From Giardia intestinalis (taxonomy: Eukaryota), in NCBI GenBank assembly GCA_000002435.2, contig CM018792.1: DNA of 64,000 nt, one strand, 5' to 3'. Every line of letters starts with the position of its first letter. The first letter of the stretch is position 1. Positions 1 to 10,800 of the stretch are shown here, piece by piece. Under the pieces are notes generated by a model, which saw nothing but the letters and a program-made list of their open reading frames with translations, did not search any database and was not told the DNA's origin. A program made the position numbers and the translations under genes.

Positions 1-1559
1 TAACCCTGCATATGCATCCTGTGAAGTACTGTTATCATGTCATAGAGAAGAGAAAGAATCTTGCTCTCAGGGAGCAAGTTGCAAGGGTGTAGGGGTCCAA
101 CAACTCTGTCCCTTTTTACAGATTTAAATTCCTTCATAAAGCTTCTTAAATCTGTGTCTCCCAGCTCCATTACGATCAGGGCATACCGTCGCAGAAAAGG
201 ATTGTGTTTAGTAACTACTTGACAGTCCACTAAATCTAGACATATTCCCTTTCCTTTCAACCGCTTCATAATCTCTATTTCATCTATCATTGCTTTATAA
301 TTGGTCTTTTCTTCTTTTTCATTATAATTGTTCCCCTTTTGACTCCACAGCAGCTTGATGGCGCAGAGCTTCCCGCTGGGTTGCAATGCCTTATAGACAT
401 GCCCGTACCCGCCAGCACCAATCTGTTCTATTACAAGGTGGACCTTCTTATTTATATAAAGTATTTGGACAGGGATCTTTCTGAATAAAAGGGCTAGTGA
501 GCTCATATACTTTTCAAGAAACTTCAACGCTTTTGTGTAATCAGGGTCGTCGATGTCATGGACGCGCGCGACTGTTCCGTCGGAGTTCTGACGGGTTGAA
601 GGCGCAGTAATGGCCGCTCGAGACTCGCCTGCCATGGTTGGTTGGTTTGAAGTAGTGTATGTTACATTTTGGCTCGTTAGACTGACCATTGGAATACGAT
701 ACTGCTGAGAACCAGTGTTGACGGGCTGCAAGTCTGGTACCTGCGGCGCACAAGGGTAAACCACTTGCTTTGTTGGCAGCTTTTCTAAAACCTGCCCAGT
801 AACGGGGGGAAGAGGGATATTTGTATTGGCGGCGTCGCCAGATTGAAAATCAATTGTAGTGTTGTAGTTTATGTCTGTTTGGCCGAATATTCCCTTGCGA
901 AGAGATTGACTTGGTTTCTTTTGCACTGCAGCTGATTGGGGCGTTGAAGAAGTGGGCACCAGCGGAGTAAGTACTTCAGATGGAGGTGTTGTGGCCACGA
1001 CGACTTTTGTTTCTGACTTTACCTCTGTGGACCCGAGTGTTTTGTTATACTGGAACTCCTTATTATCTAAGATAGTCATCTGCTGTGTAAGCCCTAAAAC
1101 TTTAGTTGCAGCTGTATCGATGGTCTGAGGAGATGCAGACCTTTTGGTTGATTGGTCATTAGACGATCTCTTGCTACTTGTGCTGTAGCTTGCATAGTTG
1201 AGTTTCTTCTGTGGCGGTTCTTCTAGAAAGATTGGACTTTTCTTAATCACAGTATTCTCTGCCTCTTTCTTTAATGGTGCGACCACGTGCTGCACAGAGC
1301 TGTGCTGTCGTTGTAAATGGCTCGGCTTTGGAGGATGAGCAACACCTCTGACTTCATTCTGTCCTACAGGAGTTACACAGGCCTTTGTATCGGCAAGTGA
1401 GCTACTACTCTCCTCTTGGTCGCCCTCTGTAGCATCCGGAGTTGTTGGGACCTCCTTTGCAATATCACGGGTCCAGTTGAAGTAGCCTCTCATTGGCCGA
1501 TACCCCCTGTCTGCTGGCGGATCTCCGTCTTTGGGGACGCTCCCCGGTGCACCAAACAT
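1..1559 (-). CDS. Protein kinase, partial: N-terminus complete at 1559, C-terminus runs off the window edge. Long Ser/Thr/Pro-rich N-terminal region followed by the kinase N-lobe.
   Basis: Manual translation of the minus strand from ATG 1559..1557 (in-frame TGA just upstream at 1583..1581) is open to position 1. It contains the Gly-loop IGAGGYGHVYKA, the VAIK-like CAIKLL and the hinge-like LIVMELGDTDL. It is absent from the ORF track only because no stop lies inside the window. Confidence 0.6.
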   Translation of the reverse strand, partial: MFGAPGSVPKDGDPPADRGYRPMRGYFNWTRDIAKEVPTTPDATEGDQEESSSSLADTKACVTPVGQNEVRGVAHPPKPSHLQRQHSSVQHVVAPLKKEAENTVIKKSPIFLEEPPQKKLNYASYSTSSKRSSNDQSTKRSASPQTIDTAATKVLGLTQQMTILDNKEFQYNKTLGSTEVKSETKVVVATTPPSEVLTPLVPTSSTPQSAAVQKKPSQSLRKGIFGQTDINYNTTIDFQSGDAANTNIPLPPVTGQVLEKLPTKQVVYPCAPQVPDLQPVNTGSQQYRIPMVSLTSQNVTYTTSNQPTMAGESRAAITAPSTRQNSDGTVARVHDIDDPDYTKALKFLEKYMSSLALLFRKIPVQILYINKKVHLVIEQIGAGGYGHVYKALQPSGKLCAIKLLWSQKGNNYNEKEEKTNYKAMIDEIEIMKRLKGKGICLDLVDCQVVTKHNPFLRRYALIVMELGDTDLRSFMKEFKSVKRDRVVGPLHPCNLLPESKILSLLYDMITVLHRMHMQG

Positions 1560-1719
1560 AGATTGGTCAAAAGGAAAGAATCAATGGCAACTTGTAATTA
1601 TTAAAGTAGTTCGGAAGAGTGCTTCATATTCTCTCACGCTAGAGGGAAGCGAGAACATAGTAAGCCAGCTTAATAAGCCCGACTAAACAAACGCGGTCAA
1701 ACAAAAAACAAAAAAAGGC

Positions 1720-4347
1720 ATGCTTATTACGTTGTCGTTCGCGGTGACCTTGCTTGCAGAATGCCGCATGCCTTACGCGCGGGCGACCTACCCCATTTCG
1801 TCTGCAAGAGGATGCATTGAGGCTCCGCTTCTCACAGAGGAGGTCTTTTATCAGACACAGGAGGCTCTTGAAGCCATGCTCCCCATGAACGTCTTCGTTG
1901 ATATTTGTAAGAAGCCACCAGCGCCGTACGAACACCTAGCTACAGACACCGAGGCCAGTCTTTCTCTCATACGCGAGAAATATTCCAAGCTCATCGGAAA
2001 AGCAACTGCCTGGGAATACCACGAGGCATTGGCCAAGACTTTCCGTGACTTAAAGGATGCGCATAGCCTATATGTCAAGCCGTCATTTTTTGGTCATTTC
2101 CGATTGGCCTTTCCTCTGGCTTTCAATGTCAGTAAGACTGGGTCGGTGACGTTCACCGATCTTCCCACATCTGTACGGTATATTTCTGAGTCATACACTC
2201 AGATGTTTTCGGTGAATCTTGCCGATTATATAGGCGCAGAAATACTAACAATAAATAATGAGAAGCCGCTTCTTTACCTGGCCAAGTGGGCTGACAAGTA
2301 TGTTTATTCGACAAAATCGTCCCATGGCCGCCTCAACTCTTTGCTGTCAGGTGATTTTTATGCTAGGTCTCTCAAGGTCTTCGGGCTGCCGGAGCAGGGT
2401 GATGAAAACCTTGTGTTCACTCTTGTTGACGGCAGGAGCGTTATTCTTCGCTTCTCAATCTACTCTGACACCATCTTTAACTCCGAGGATGATGCCGTCC
2501 GGGCGTACATGCGCTGCATCTCGCTTAGCACCCCCTACACTCTTTCAGGAGACAACAATGCTTCTGAGCCTACTGCTTTTGAGAAGTTACAGAGTGAGGA
2601 GACTGCTGGGTACCTGATAGGCGTTCGTGATGCCATACTTCGTGCTACGCGTGGAAGGGGGCTTAGCCACCCCAGCGACTACAAGGCATATGCCCGATTT
2701 ATGGACGAGGAAGTATCCAGGTCAGGCATACAATACTCGAAATACTCTCACACTTCATTGGCGCACTTTAGCTATAACAGTTCGCAGAGATCCGAGTCAG
2801 AGTATGAATATATCAAGGGTGACGATATGTTCTCACTTTACAAGTATACATCAAAGAGCACTATTTCTAACCAGGATAATGTGTACATCCTTGCTGTTTA
2901 CTCCTTCAGTCCGATGGATATGGCAACCACCATTAACAACATCGTCGATGCTCTGGATATTCTCCGCGAACGTCCCATCTCTCAGCTGATGGTCGTTCTG
3001 AATGGGAACGGTGGAGGCATCGTCACCATGGGCCATCTTCTTGGTCGTGCGCTGTTCCCTAGCAACTATCCCATCTACGGAGCATACAATATCAGGGCCA
3101 ACCGGATTATGGACGCACTTGTCAAGGCAAAGTCCTGGTTCACTCTCATGCATCGCACTGACCCGTGGTCTGGGGCTAACATGACCATTGGAGACAGCGC
3201 CACAGATACAACTGACTGGTACTTTAAGAACCAGGAGACGTATCCGGAGATCGATGAGCTCGTTTATAACGGACGCCGCACAGCAAGATTCAGCCAGCGA
3301 TTTGCCTTTGATGACGATCTTGAACCGGATCTTCAGCAGTCATTGCTGCGCTTCTATAAGTTTAGAGGTTTAGACCTATCTCCTGATAGGGTTGCTATAG
3401 TGACAGACGGAACCTGCGGGTCCACGTGTGCGACATTTGCCAAACATCTTCTTGAAGCCAAGAGGTGCCTTGCTATCGGACTTGGTGGGACCACAGGACT
3501 ATCAGAGTACAGTGATGATCCATACGATGTGGCGTCGTTCTCGGGAGGCACAGTTGAGGATTCACAATCTCTGCAGTTCGCAGTTGAGGAACTTATCATG
3601 AATCCTCCAGAGGACGGTCTAGACAACATGGACGTGCTCACAAAGCTCCGCATACCAACGGACGCGTATGCCAGATTTGCGTTCCATCAGCTCTTCAGCT
3701 GGGATATCAAGACGCACGACTGGAAGAGCTATACGCCCCTCGAGTACACACCGGTTCCGGTGCACGCTGTTCTTCCTATCTACCCCACAGTTGAGAACTG
3801 GCAAGGGCTTGAAGGCATCGACACCTTTGCTGAGGATGTGTATGTCCTCATGCGATCAATAGAGGAAGCCAGTCGCACTAGTAACTGCACCAATGTCCCC
3901 ACATCGCTGTACCATTTTTCAGGCAACGAAACAGCGAGCGCTGGTGCTTGCCCATATCTAGATGACTCCACTCGTGGGGCCTTTAACTGTAACAACAGCT
4001 GCGTCTTTTACGACTGCAAGGTGGGCTTTTATCTCGATCCACTTGCGTATGAAAGAACTAAGCTATGGGAGTGCCAGATGCGCACAGACGTCCACGCTTG
4101 GGACTCATACATTCCTCCTCCAGAAGATCATAGCATGCACTTTGCGCACTACTTGCTTCTCCTCATATTTCTTTGCACTATAGCCCTCTTTGTGTTTATT
4201 ATCATTGCCTCAAAGCGCCCTGACCTCATTAAGAAGTGCATCGCCAAGATGACACCAAAGAAGAAAAAGATGGCGGGAAACAACATAGAAACCGAGATAG
4301 GCCTGCTCTCCCATGAGTCCAGTGAAATAAAGAGCGACACAGTCTAA
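1720..4347 (+). CDS. Peptidase S41 (C-terminal processing/tail-specific protease)-like protein with C-terminal transmembrane anchor
   Basis: 875-aa ORF. VVLNGNGGG resembles the S41 'DLRxNxGG' motif. VTDGTCGSTCATFAKHLLEAK resembles the S41 catalytic Ser-Lys segment (GSASASE...). Hydrophobic stretch LLLLIFLCTIALFVFIIIA near the C-terminus. A-rich initiator immediately upstream of the ATG. Confidence 0.5.
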   Translation: MLITLSFAVTLLAECRMPYARATYPISSARGCIEAPLLTEEVFYQTQEALEAMLPMNVFVDICKKPPAPYEHLATDTEASLSLIREKYSKLIGKATAWEYHEALAKTFRDLKDAHSLYVKPSFFGHFRLAFPLAFNVSKTGSVTFTDLPTSVRYISESYTQMFSVNLADYIGAEILTINNEKPLLYLAKWADKYVYSTKSSHGRLNSLLSGDFYARSLKVFGLPEQGDENLVFTLVDGRSVILRFSIYSDTIFNSEDDAVRAYMRCISLSTPYTLSGDNNASEPTAFEKLQSEETAGYLIGVRDAILRATRGRGLSHPSDYKAYARFMDEEVSRSGIQYSKYSHTSLAHFSYNSSQRSESEYEYIKGDDMFSLYKYTSKSTISNQDNVYILAVYSFSPMDMATTINNIVDALDILRERPISQLMVVLNGNGGGIVTMGHLLGRALFPSNYPIYGAYNIRANRIMDALVKAKSWFTLMHRTDPWSGANMTIGDSATDTTDWYFKNQETYPEIDELVYNGRRTARFSQRFAFDDDLEPDLQQSLLRFYKFRGLDLSPDRVAIVTDGTCGSTCATFAKHLLEAKRCLAIGLGGTTGLSEYSDDPYDVASFSGGTVEDSQSLQFAVEELIMNPPEDGLDNMDVLTKLRIPTDAYARFAFHQLFSWDIKTHDWKSYTPLEYTPVPVHAVLPIYPTVENWQGLEGIDTFAEDVYVLMRSIEEASRTSNCTNVPTSLYHFSGNETASAGACPYLDDSTRGAFNCNNSCVFYDCKVGFYLDPLAYERTKLWECQMRTDVHAWDSYIPPPEDHSMHFAHYLLLLIFLCTIALFVFIIIASKRPDLIKKCIAKMTPKKKKMAGNNIETEIGLLSHESSEIKSDTV

Positions 4348-4435
4348 GCTCTATTCTCAGTATCTATGTTGGGAAACAAAAAACAAAGCAAGCCAGTAAA
4401 TTCGTGTTGACTCGTCCTTACTGACAAGGCTGCAC

Positions 4436-7400
4436 ATGCGACTCTGGCTGGCGGACTACCATGTTGTGTCGCTGGTATCACAAACTCCATTTTCTAGCAC
4501 CCATAGGGTTACTTCACGTGACACTAAACAGAATTTCCTTGCGGAGACGATCGACATGCGGAAGTTATCCTCTGATGAGCAGCACCGCTTTCGGGAGTAT
4601 GTCGAACTATATCGGCGCTGCAATTGCAACAACCTTATGCGGATTTACAAGATTGTTGAGAATAAGAACAAGCAGCGAATAACAATCGTAATGGAGCAGT
4701 ATGGAACGGTGACCCTTGCAGACATATATGAGTCTTACAAGAAGGCGGGCCTAGCGGTTCCCGAGCCTGTCCTCTGGAACACTGTAGCCCAAATAACAGT
4801 CGCCCTCAATGCGCTGCTAGAACAGGATAAGTCCTTTCAACATGCAAATATACACCCTTCTAACTGTTTTATTGATCAAAGCACGGGGATCCTACGCTTG
4901 GGGCTCTTCCTACCATTTTTGCTGAAATATGAGAAGGAAGAGCAGAGCACTAGAGAAAGCATTACGGGGTTAATAGAGCGGGTGCAGAAGAAGCTGCATG
5001 GAACTAGTGTAACCCATGCTAGCTGTGTCCAGAACTTTGCAGACTACGGTCAAAGACTGACGCTTGTCTTGCCCCCAGAAGTGTTCCAAGGCCAAGGAAT
5101 ACTTCCTGTCTCTGACATGTGGATGCTTGGGTGCTTGTTATTTGAGGGCTGCAACGGCTCAAATCCGTTTTTGGAAGGGGTCAGCACTATTTCTTCCGTG
5201 ACCAATCCGCCCTATAACAAAAGGTGTGATGAAGCATCAGAATCATTTGCTAAATATAATGGTGCCATAAGTGATCACACACAGTACTTCATCTCAGAAC
5301 GTCCAAGTGCACTGTTAGAGCTTAATTGCAACGCTAAAAGCAAGGGGGTCCATGATGATTGCCCCGATATCACCCTGGTGGATAGTCAGGATACTCCTCG
5401 ATCAATCCCTACTGTTCCCCACACCTCTTTAGCATCTATGGCTATTCTCCCGTCTATCAGCTTTGCCACAGCCTCTATGAACAAGGATACTAGTTTTGAG
5501 AGCATGCTCACTGAGACGTCACATGCTCAATATAACTTTGAGCAGTTTGTTCAACACGTGCTTACTGGAAAGAGAGCCCCAACGAATCCCGCTTACTCTC
5601 GAAATCTCCAGATGATGATAAATCTTTGTCTAAATCAAAATATAAAAACACGCGTGACGTTAGACACACTCTGTCGACATCCACTAATAGTCAAATTTTT
5701 GACGAGCTCTCGAGATGAAATGGTAGCCCGAGGCAAACTGGTTCTGTATACTGTACCTCAAGACCAGCTCCGAACGACAAAACGAATTAGTATCTCAGAC
5801 CTCAAGGAGGAGGCTTCTTCGGAACAATTTCTGGATAACATGAGACAGTCAGAGTCATTGATGCTCTGTCCCATCACAGAACCAGATGCTTCTGATTTTC
5901 CTTCAAGAGAGCTTAAGCACTTGTTTATAGAACGGAATTCAAGGATCAATGGCTGGAATAATGTTGGCCAAAAGGCGTATCTCACCGAACCGGATGATCA
6001 GGAGGAGTCGAGTGATTTATTTCCGGATGAGTTCGAGGCTCTGTGTACCACAAATCTCAGCACAACAAGCGATTCATGCACACAGTCGGAGAGCAGCAAC
6101 GAGAATAATGTTGTTTGTGACTTCGACAACCTTATTAGTGGGAAGAAAGAGGAGGAACCCTTTACAATACTCATGATTGCAGCCCTTAAGAACGACATAG
6201 ACCTTATCAAAGAGAACCGGAAGAGCGACCTTCGTAGGCGGTGCCCATCAGGAAAAACTGCTCTGATGTTTGCTGCGCAACAAGGACACACAGAGGCCGT
6301 TCAGTTGCTCCTCAAGGAAGCTGGGATGAAAAAGCGTAGCGGGAAGACCGCCCTCATGATAGCTGCTGAGCTTGGTCACCACAGTGTCGTCTCTCTGCTG
6401 GTTAAGGTTGAGGGAGGAATCCAGGACAAGGATTTGTGGACAGCCCTCATGAGGGCGGCCTGGTTTGGCCACTCTCTATGCTGCGAATATCTTGTGACTG
6501 AAGAAGGAAGATTTACCCGGAGAAACGGATGGACAGCGCTTATGTGCGCTGCATACCGCGGGCACGCAAACGTATGCAGAGTCTTGGCCCCACGAGAAGC
6601 AGAGATGTATACAGACGCTGGTTACACCGCTCTCATGTACGCTGCTCGCTACGGGCATTACGAGTGCTGTAAGGTGCTTGCTCGCTATGAGACTGGCATG
6701 AAGAATAGGCATAGGCAAACAGCGCTAACAATAGCTGCAGAGCGCATGCACGGAGACATTGCTATGCTCTTGCTAAATGCAGAAACAGAAGCTTGTGAAC
6801 AAAGGGATAGGTCCCTCCGACTTTCACAATCCAAAATGAGTCACTGTACTCCCTGTGGATCTATTCGGAACTCTCCACACGGTGGTTCAGTCGGGCCTAT
6901 GACACCCTATAGACCCTTTGGAACTACATCCAAACAGGGAACAGAACCAAGCAACACATCGATAGAAAGGGACAGACTACACCTTTCAGATCTGTACAAA
7001 AGCGAAACTGCAGTAACTCGTTCGGACACACACCGGAAAAAGGAGACGGGAGATTCAGCATCTTATGTGTCTTCTATGGAAAAGGCGTCATCTCTCTCCC
7101 TCTCTGTAAAGAGCTCCTTTGTTGGCGGATCCTTCTATAAATCTGATAGTGCAGCAAGTAGTAGAGTCGTTAGTAGACCTGAAAGTGCAGACAAGAGACT
7201 TACAAAGTCAGTGTTATCTACACCCACCTTACGGTTGAACTCTCTATTGAGCGGGCATGTAAAGCCCACTCTAAGACAGAGAAGCGATTTCCGGACCAAC
7301 TGTACAATTCTCACAAAGCAGTCAGAAACTTATACAGAAATGATGACAGCTGCTCTGAAAGAGGATTTGCGGGAGATAAATAGACTGATATCGCGACAAG

Positions 7401-7876
7401 CTGCCATTCAAACAGAAAGGGGGAGAACATGTCTCATGCTCTGTGCAGAGAAAGGGCTAGCCCATTCTGTAAGATTGCTAGTCGGACGCGAAGCAGGAAT
7501 GCAAGACAACTCTGGTTGGACAGCGCTCATGAATGCCGCAGTTTCTGGAAAGGAAAACGTGGTCCCCCTTTTGTCAACTTCAGAAGCCAGGATGCAGGAT
7601 CACGTGGGGAATACAGCGATGATGTTTGCCGCTCGCTATGGCCATATTAACATAGTCAAGGCTTTGATGTGCTATGAATTAGGAATAAAAGATAGAAATG
7701 GATGGACAGCTCTGCTGCACGCCGTGGATGCAGATCAGTTGGAGTGTGTGAAGCTACTAGTTGGAGGAGAGTTTAGTATGTGTGATAACTATCAGTCGTT
7801 GGCTATAGATTACTGCAAAGAAGGTCCCGTAAAAGACGTCCTACTGAACCATTACATGTGCAGCCTACAAACGTAG
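4436..7876 (+). CDS. NEK-like pseudokinase with about 10 ankyrin repeats (Giardia-type expanded NEK/ankyrin family)
   Basis: 1146-aa ORF. The N-terminal kinase-like domain has hinge VMEQYG, the degenerate catalytic loop HANIHPSNC (instead of HRDLKPxN), LGL in place of DFG, and the NEK-typical subdomain IX SDMWMLGCLLFE. No Gly-loop or VAIK is present. Repeated ankyrin units follow: GKTALMFAAQQGH, GWTALMCAAYRGH, GYTALMYAARYGH, GNTAMMFAARYGH and others. Confidence 0.7.
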   Translation: MRLWLADYHVVSLVSQTPFSSTHRVTSRDTKQNFLAETIDMRKLSSDEQHRFREYVELYRRCNCNNLMRIYKIVENKNKQRITIVMEQYGTVTLADIYESYKKAGLAVPEPVLWNTVAQITVALNALLEQDKSFQHANIHPSNCFIDQSTGILRLGLFLPFLLKYEKEEQSTRESITGLIERVQKKLHGTSVTHASCVQNFADYGQRLTLVLPPEVFQGQGILPVSDMWMLGCLLFEGCNGSNPFLEGVSTISSVTNPPYNKRCDEASESFAKYNGAISDHTQYFISERPSALLELNCNAKSKGVHDDCPDITLVDSQDTPRSIPTVPHTSLASMAILPSISFATASMNKDTSFESMLTETSHAQYNFEQFVQHVLTGKRAPTNPAYSRNLQMMINLCLNQNIKTRVTLDTLCRHPLIVKFLTSSRDEMVARGKLVLYTVPQDQLRTTKRISISDLKEEASSEQFLDNMRQSESLMLCPITEPDASDFPSRELKHLFIERNSRINGWNNVGQKAYLTEPDDQEESSDLFPDEFEALCTTNLSTTSDSCTQSESSNENNVVCDFDNLISGKKEEEPFTILMIAALKNDIDLIKENRKSDLRRRCPSGKTALMFAAQQGHTEAVQLLLKEAGMKKRSGKTALMIAAELGHHSVVSLLVKVEGGIQDKDLWTALMRAAWFGHSLCCEYLVTEEGRFTRRNGWTALMCAAYRGHANVCRVLAPREAEMYTDAGYTALMYAARYGHYECCKVLARYETGMKNRHRQTALTIAAERMHGDIAMLLLNAETEACEQRDRSLRLSQSKMSHCTPCGSIRNSPHGGSVGPMTPYRPFGTTSKQGTEPSNTSIERDRLHLSDLYKSETAVTRSDTHRKKETGDSASYVSSMEKASSLSLSVKSSFVGGSFYKSDSAASSRVVSRPESADKRLTKSVLSTPTLRLNSLLSGHVKPTLRQRSDFRTNCTILTKQSETYTEMMTAALKEDLREINRLISRQAAIQTERGRTCLMLCAEKGLAHSVRLLVGREAGMQDNSGWTALMNAAVSGKENVVPLLSTSEARMQDHVGNTAMMFAARYGHINIVKALMCYELGIKDRNGWTALLHAVDADQLECVKLLVGGEFSMCDNYQSLAIDYCKEGPVKDVLLNHYMCSLQT

Positions 7877-7890
7877 AGTGGCACCAGCCT

Positions 7891-10800
7891 CTATTTGTCC
7901 AAAGCTGCTGTTACTACTATGGGCACCTCCTCATCTGGCTCCACATTCTCTGTCAAGTTCTGTGGAAGTGACACAAAGTCCTCTCCTTTCACAGAATATG
8001 GCAGGCATACCATTGTTGGTTGCATGCTGACCAGCGGGTAGGCCACACTGGGAAGCTTCCAGGCGTGCATCTCTTCTGGGGCACGAACAAGACAGTCTGA
8101 GATGTATACTGATTTATCTGACTCTAAAGGGGTTGAATCCGCATACGTCTCAATGTTATCTATCGCATATACTAGTTGTAGTATCTTACTATTTGAAGGC
8201 TCTGCTTCTCTAGTACACAAGCTTCGCTGAAAGCTTCCAGGAGATGCGGATAAGCTTGCTGAAAGACTTGGAGATCTTCTGCTAGCCTTCAACTTATATG
8301 CAACCCCAGTAGAGGAGACGCCGATAGAAGCCATAGCTCTACCACCAATACTGGTTTCTCTGCGCAATATAGAAAAGACCCTATAAAGCTCACGCATTAG
8401 AATTAGCACCGCTCCCACCTCTGCCCGTTGGATACTCACAGCAGTTTCCTCGAATGCATCAATAAACGGGATAGGCACAGATCTATACTGATAGCTATCT
8501 CTTGCGAATTTCAACGCACGCTTGATGTTCCCAAGTTGGATGTTCGCCGATTTTGGGCATGGATCAATCGGCGTTAAAGTTAGTTTAAAGATTTCGCTCA
8601 CTATCTTACACAGTCCAACTCCATCCCTAAGAAAGTATGCAATGTCTACTATCTTCATGTATGGCTCGGGTAAACAATCCAGTGAATACAGCCAATTACT
8701 CAAGGCATTTTCTAGCTTCTTGTATTGCTCAGCTTGCTTAGTATAGTCTGTCATATGGGCTGCTTCCAATGCAGAAAAGTACGATATGATTTCCTTTTCG
8801 TCTTCTCCAACATTGGCTAGGTTGGTGCTTTGGGGGGTGTTACTGGTTGTAGCCATGCTCATGCTTTTCTGGAGAGAGCTTATAGAACTGGCTCGCTTAG
8901 AAGGAGCCAGCGCCTGCGGTATTTGAATGGGCTGCACACCAGACAAGCTACTGAACAGCTTTCTGGCTCTGTTGGGACAGAGCAGCACGCTATAGCATAT
9001 TCCATTGATTCGAGAAAGCTCATCCTTTGTTCGTGGGATAGGTTTTGGCCCGCGTTGTGCTTGGAGTAACTGGTCTGTCTTCGGTCCATACAGGTCTACT
9101 ATCTCCGAAAGAAGGGCGCTAAATTCCTGAAGACAAAGATCGTCAATAGATAAACCGTTGGTAGATCTTTTGGCTACCTCTCTCCTTGATTCGAAAATTT
9201 GCCGAAGGGCATCAAATAGGTAGAGCAGGAGGAGAAGGAACTGAAGAGAGCTAAAGTCTCCTTGGACAAGTGCATCTGCTGTTGGAAGCAGACCGGATGG
9301 AACAGACTCAGTAGCAGCTAGCTTTCTCAGAAGAGTATTATTGTTGTGTATACAATCAGAAATATTGATTGGAGCCTGATGTCGCGGAAACAGCAGACCT
9401 TGGTCCTTGGTTTGAGCTAGCTGGAGGCCGTAGTCCCCAGTAGCTATATCCTGGGTTCCAATACCTCTCGCACTTTCTGAAGAAATAGATGCACGCAGAG
9501 AGTTAGAGCGCGGCCTCACAGCGTCACTAGACTTCTCAGTCTGGCGTGTCACTCGGCCAACAGTAGAGTAGCATGCATAGAGATCGTCAGTGAGGCTTAG
9601 TCTCATCCGCATTTCTCGGAAAAAGTCGCTCTTGTGATAAACGAGATTGAAGATTTGTATGACTGCTATTCCATTACGATAAGGATCATAGATTGGCGAC
9701 TCAACAGAGACTTCTGAGGGCGGAATACAACCGCTCCCGCGAAGCCAGTTCTCAATGATAAATGTCGCCTTCAAAAGAAGATTTTGTCGCGTTATGTTGT
9801 ACGTGCTTGCTACACTTGCCGACAACTGAAGAATCGATTGCAGCTGCTTTACCTGCTCATTGAGAAGCCTGCTCTCCTTGTCTTTAGCAGCAGACTCCAA
9901 AAAGGATGCATGTGCTTTCATCTTCGCCTCAATATCCTGAGAAGAAAAACCCAATCCAGAAGAATCGAAAGACAGAACATCAAAAAGTATCTTCCTATAT
10001 TGTTTGCTAAAAAGGACGAGATCTGCTTGCGTGACAACTCCTCTTGATGTAGATACAGATGCAGTTGTTCCAAAGGCTAGGGTTTGGCCAAGGCAGCCCA
10101 CTGTAAAGCTAGTATCGGCGCTACCTATGGAGTCTCGTGCCAGCGAATCTATCGAGAAGCTAGTTGCATCGGTGAATGCAGTGAGAAACGAGTGTAACTG
10201 ATGCTTGTTCGCATTGAATGCTTCGAGCAGATTTTCATATGTTATGACTCCACTGCGTTCAAGACGGCGTAGAGCATCCAATGAGAGCTTGTTGCGGACA
10301 GTTGGTGGAAGGTCGTCGGGTTGGAGCCTTTTGAGGACTGTTCTTATGGCTGTCTCACTTAGAGTTTTGCTCCTGTTGGGAGTTGATGTGGGTCGTTTGG
10401 TACTTGGAGTCCGGGCAGATAGTGAGCGGTCTGACCGTGGTGTTCCAGGAGCCGATAAAATCGAACTGTAGGCTGTGTTGCTTACGCGCCGGAGGAGGGA
10501 CTCGCGGTCCATCTCTTTTTGTTCCCTGTTCCTTTTGGACAAATCGTTAATCAACGCCAAGTTATCTTTGTGGTAATCTTTCTTAGAAGGAGTTGACGGT
10601 GTCAACATGCTTTTCACATCATCCATTGTCACCGAGCCTCTGCAAACAGGGTTGCAAAAAGATTGACTTCGTGTGTTAGGCTGAGATGGAGTGCTCTGGG
10701 CAGTTGGTGTGACATTGCGTGTGGAGACTAGGACTGCTTTTTGAGGAAGATTAGCACACGCCATAGACCGGGAATTTGCATATAAATTATTCAGTTGCTT

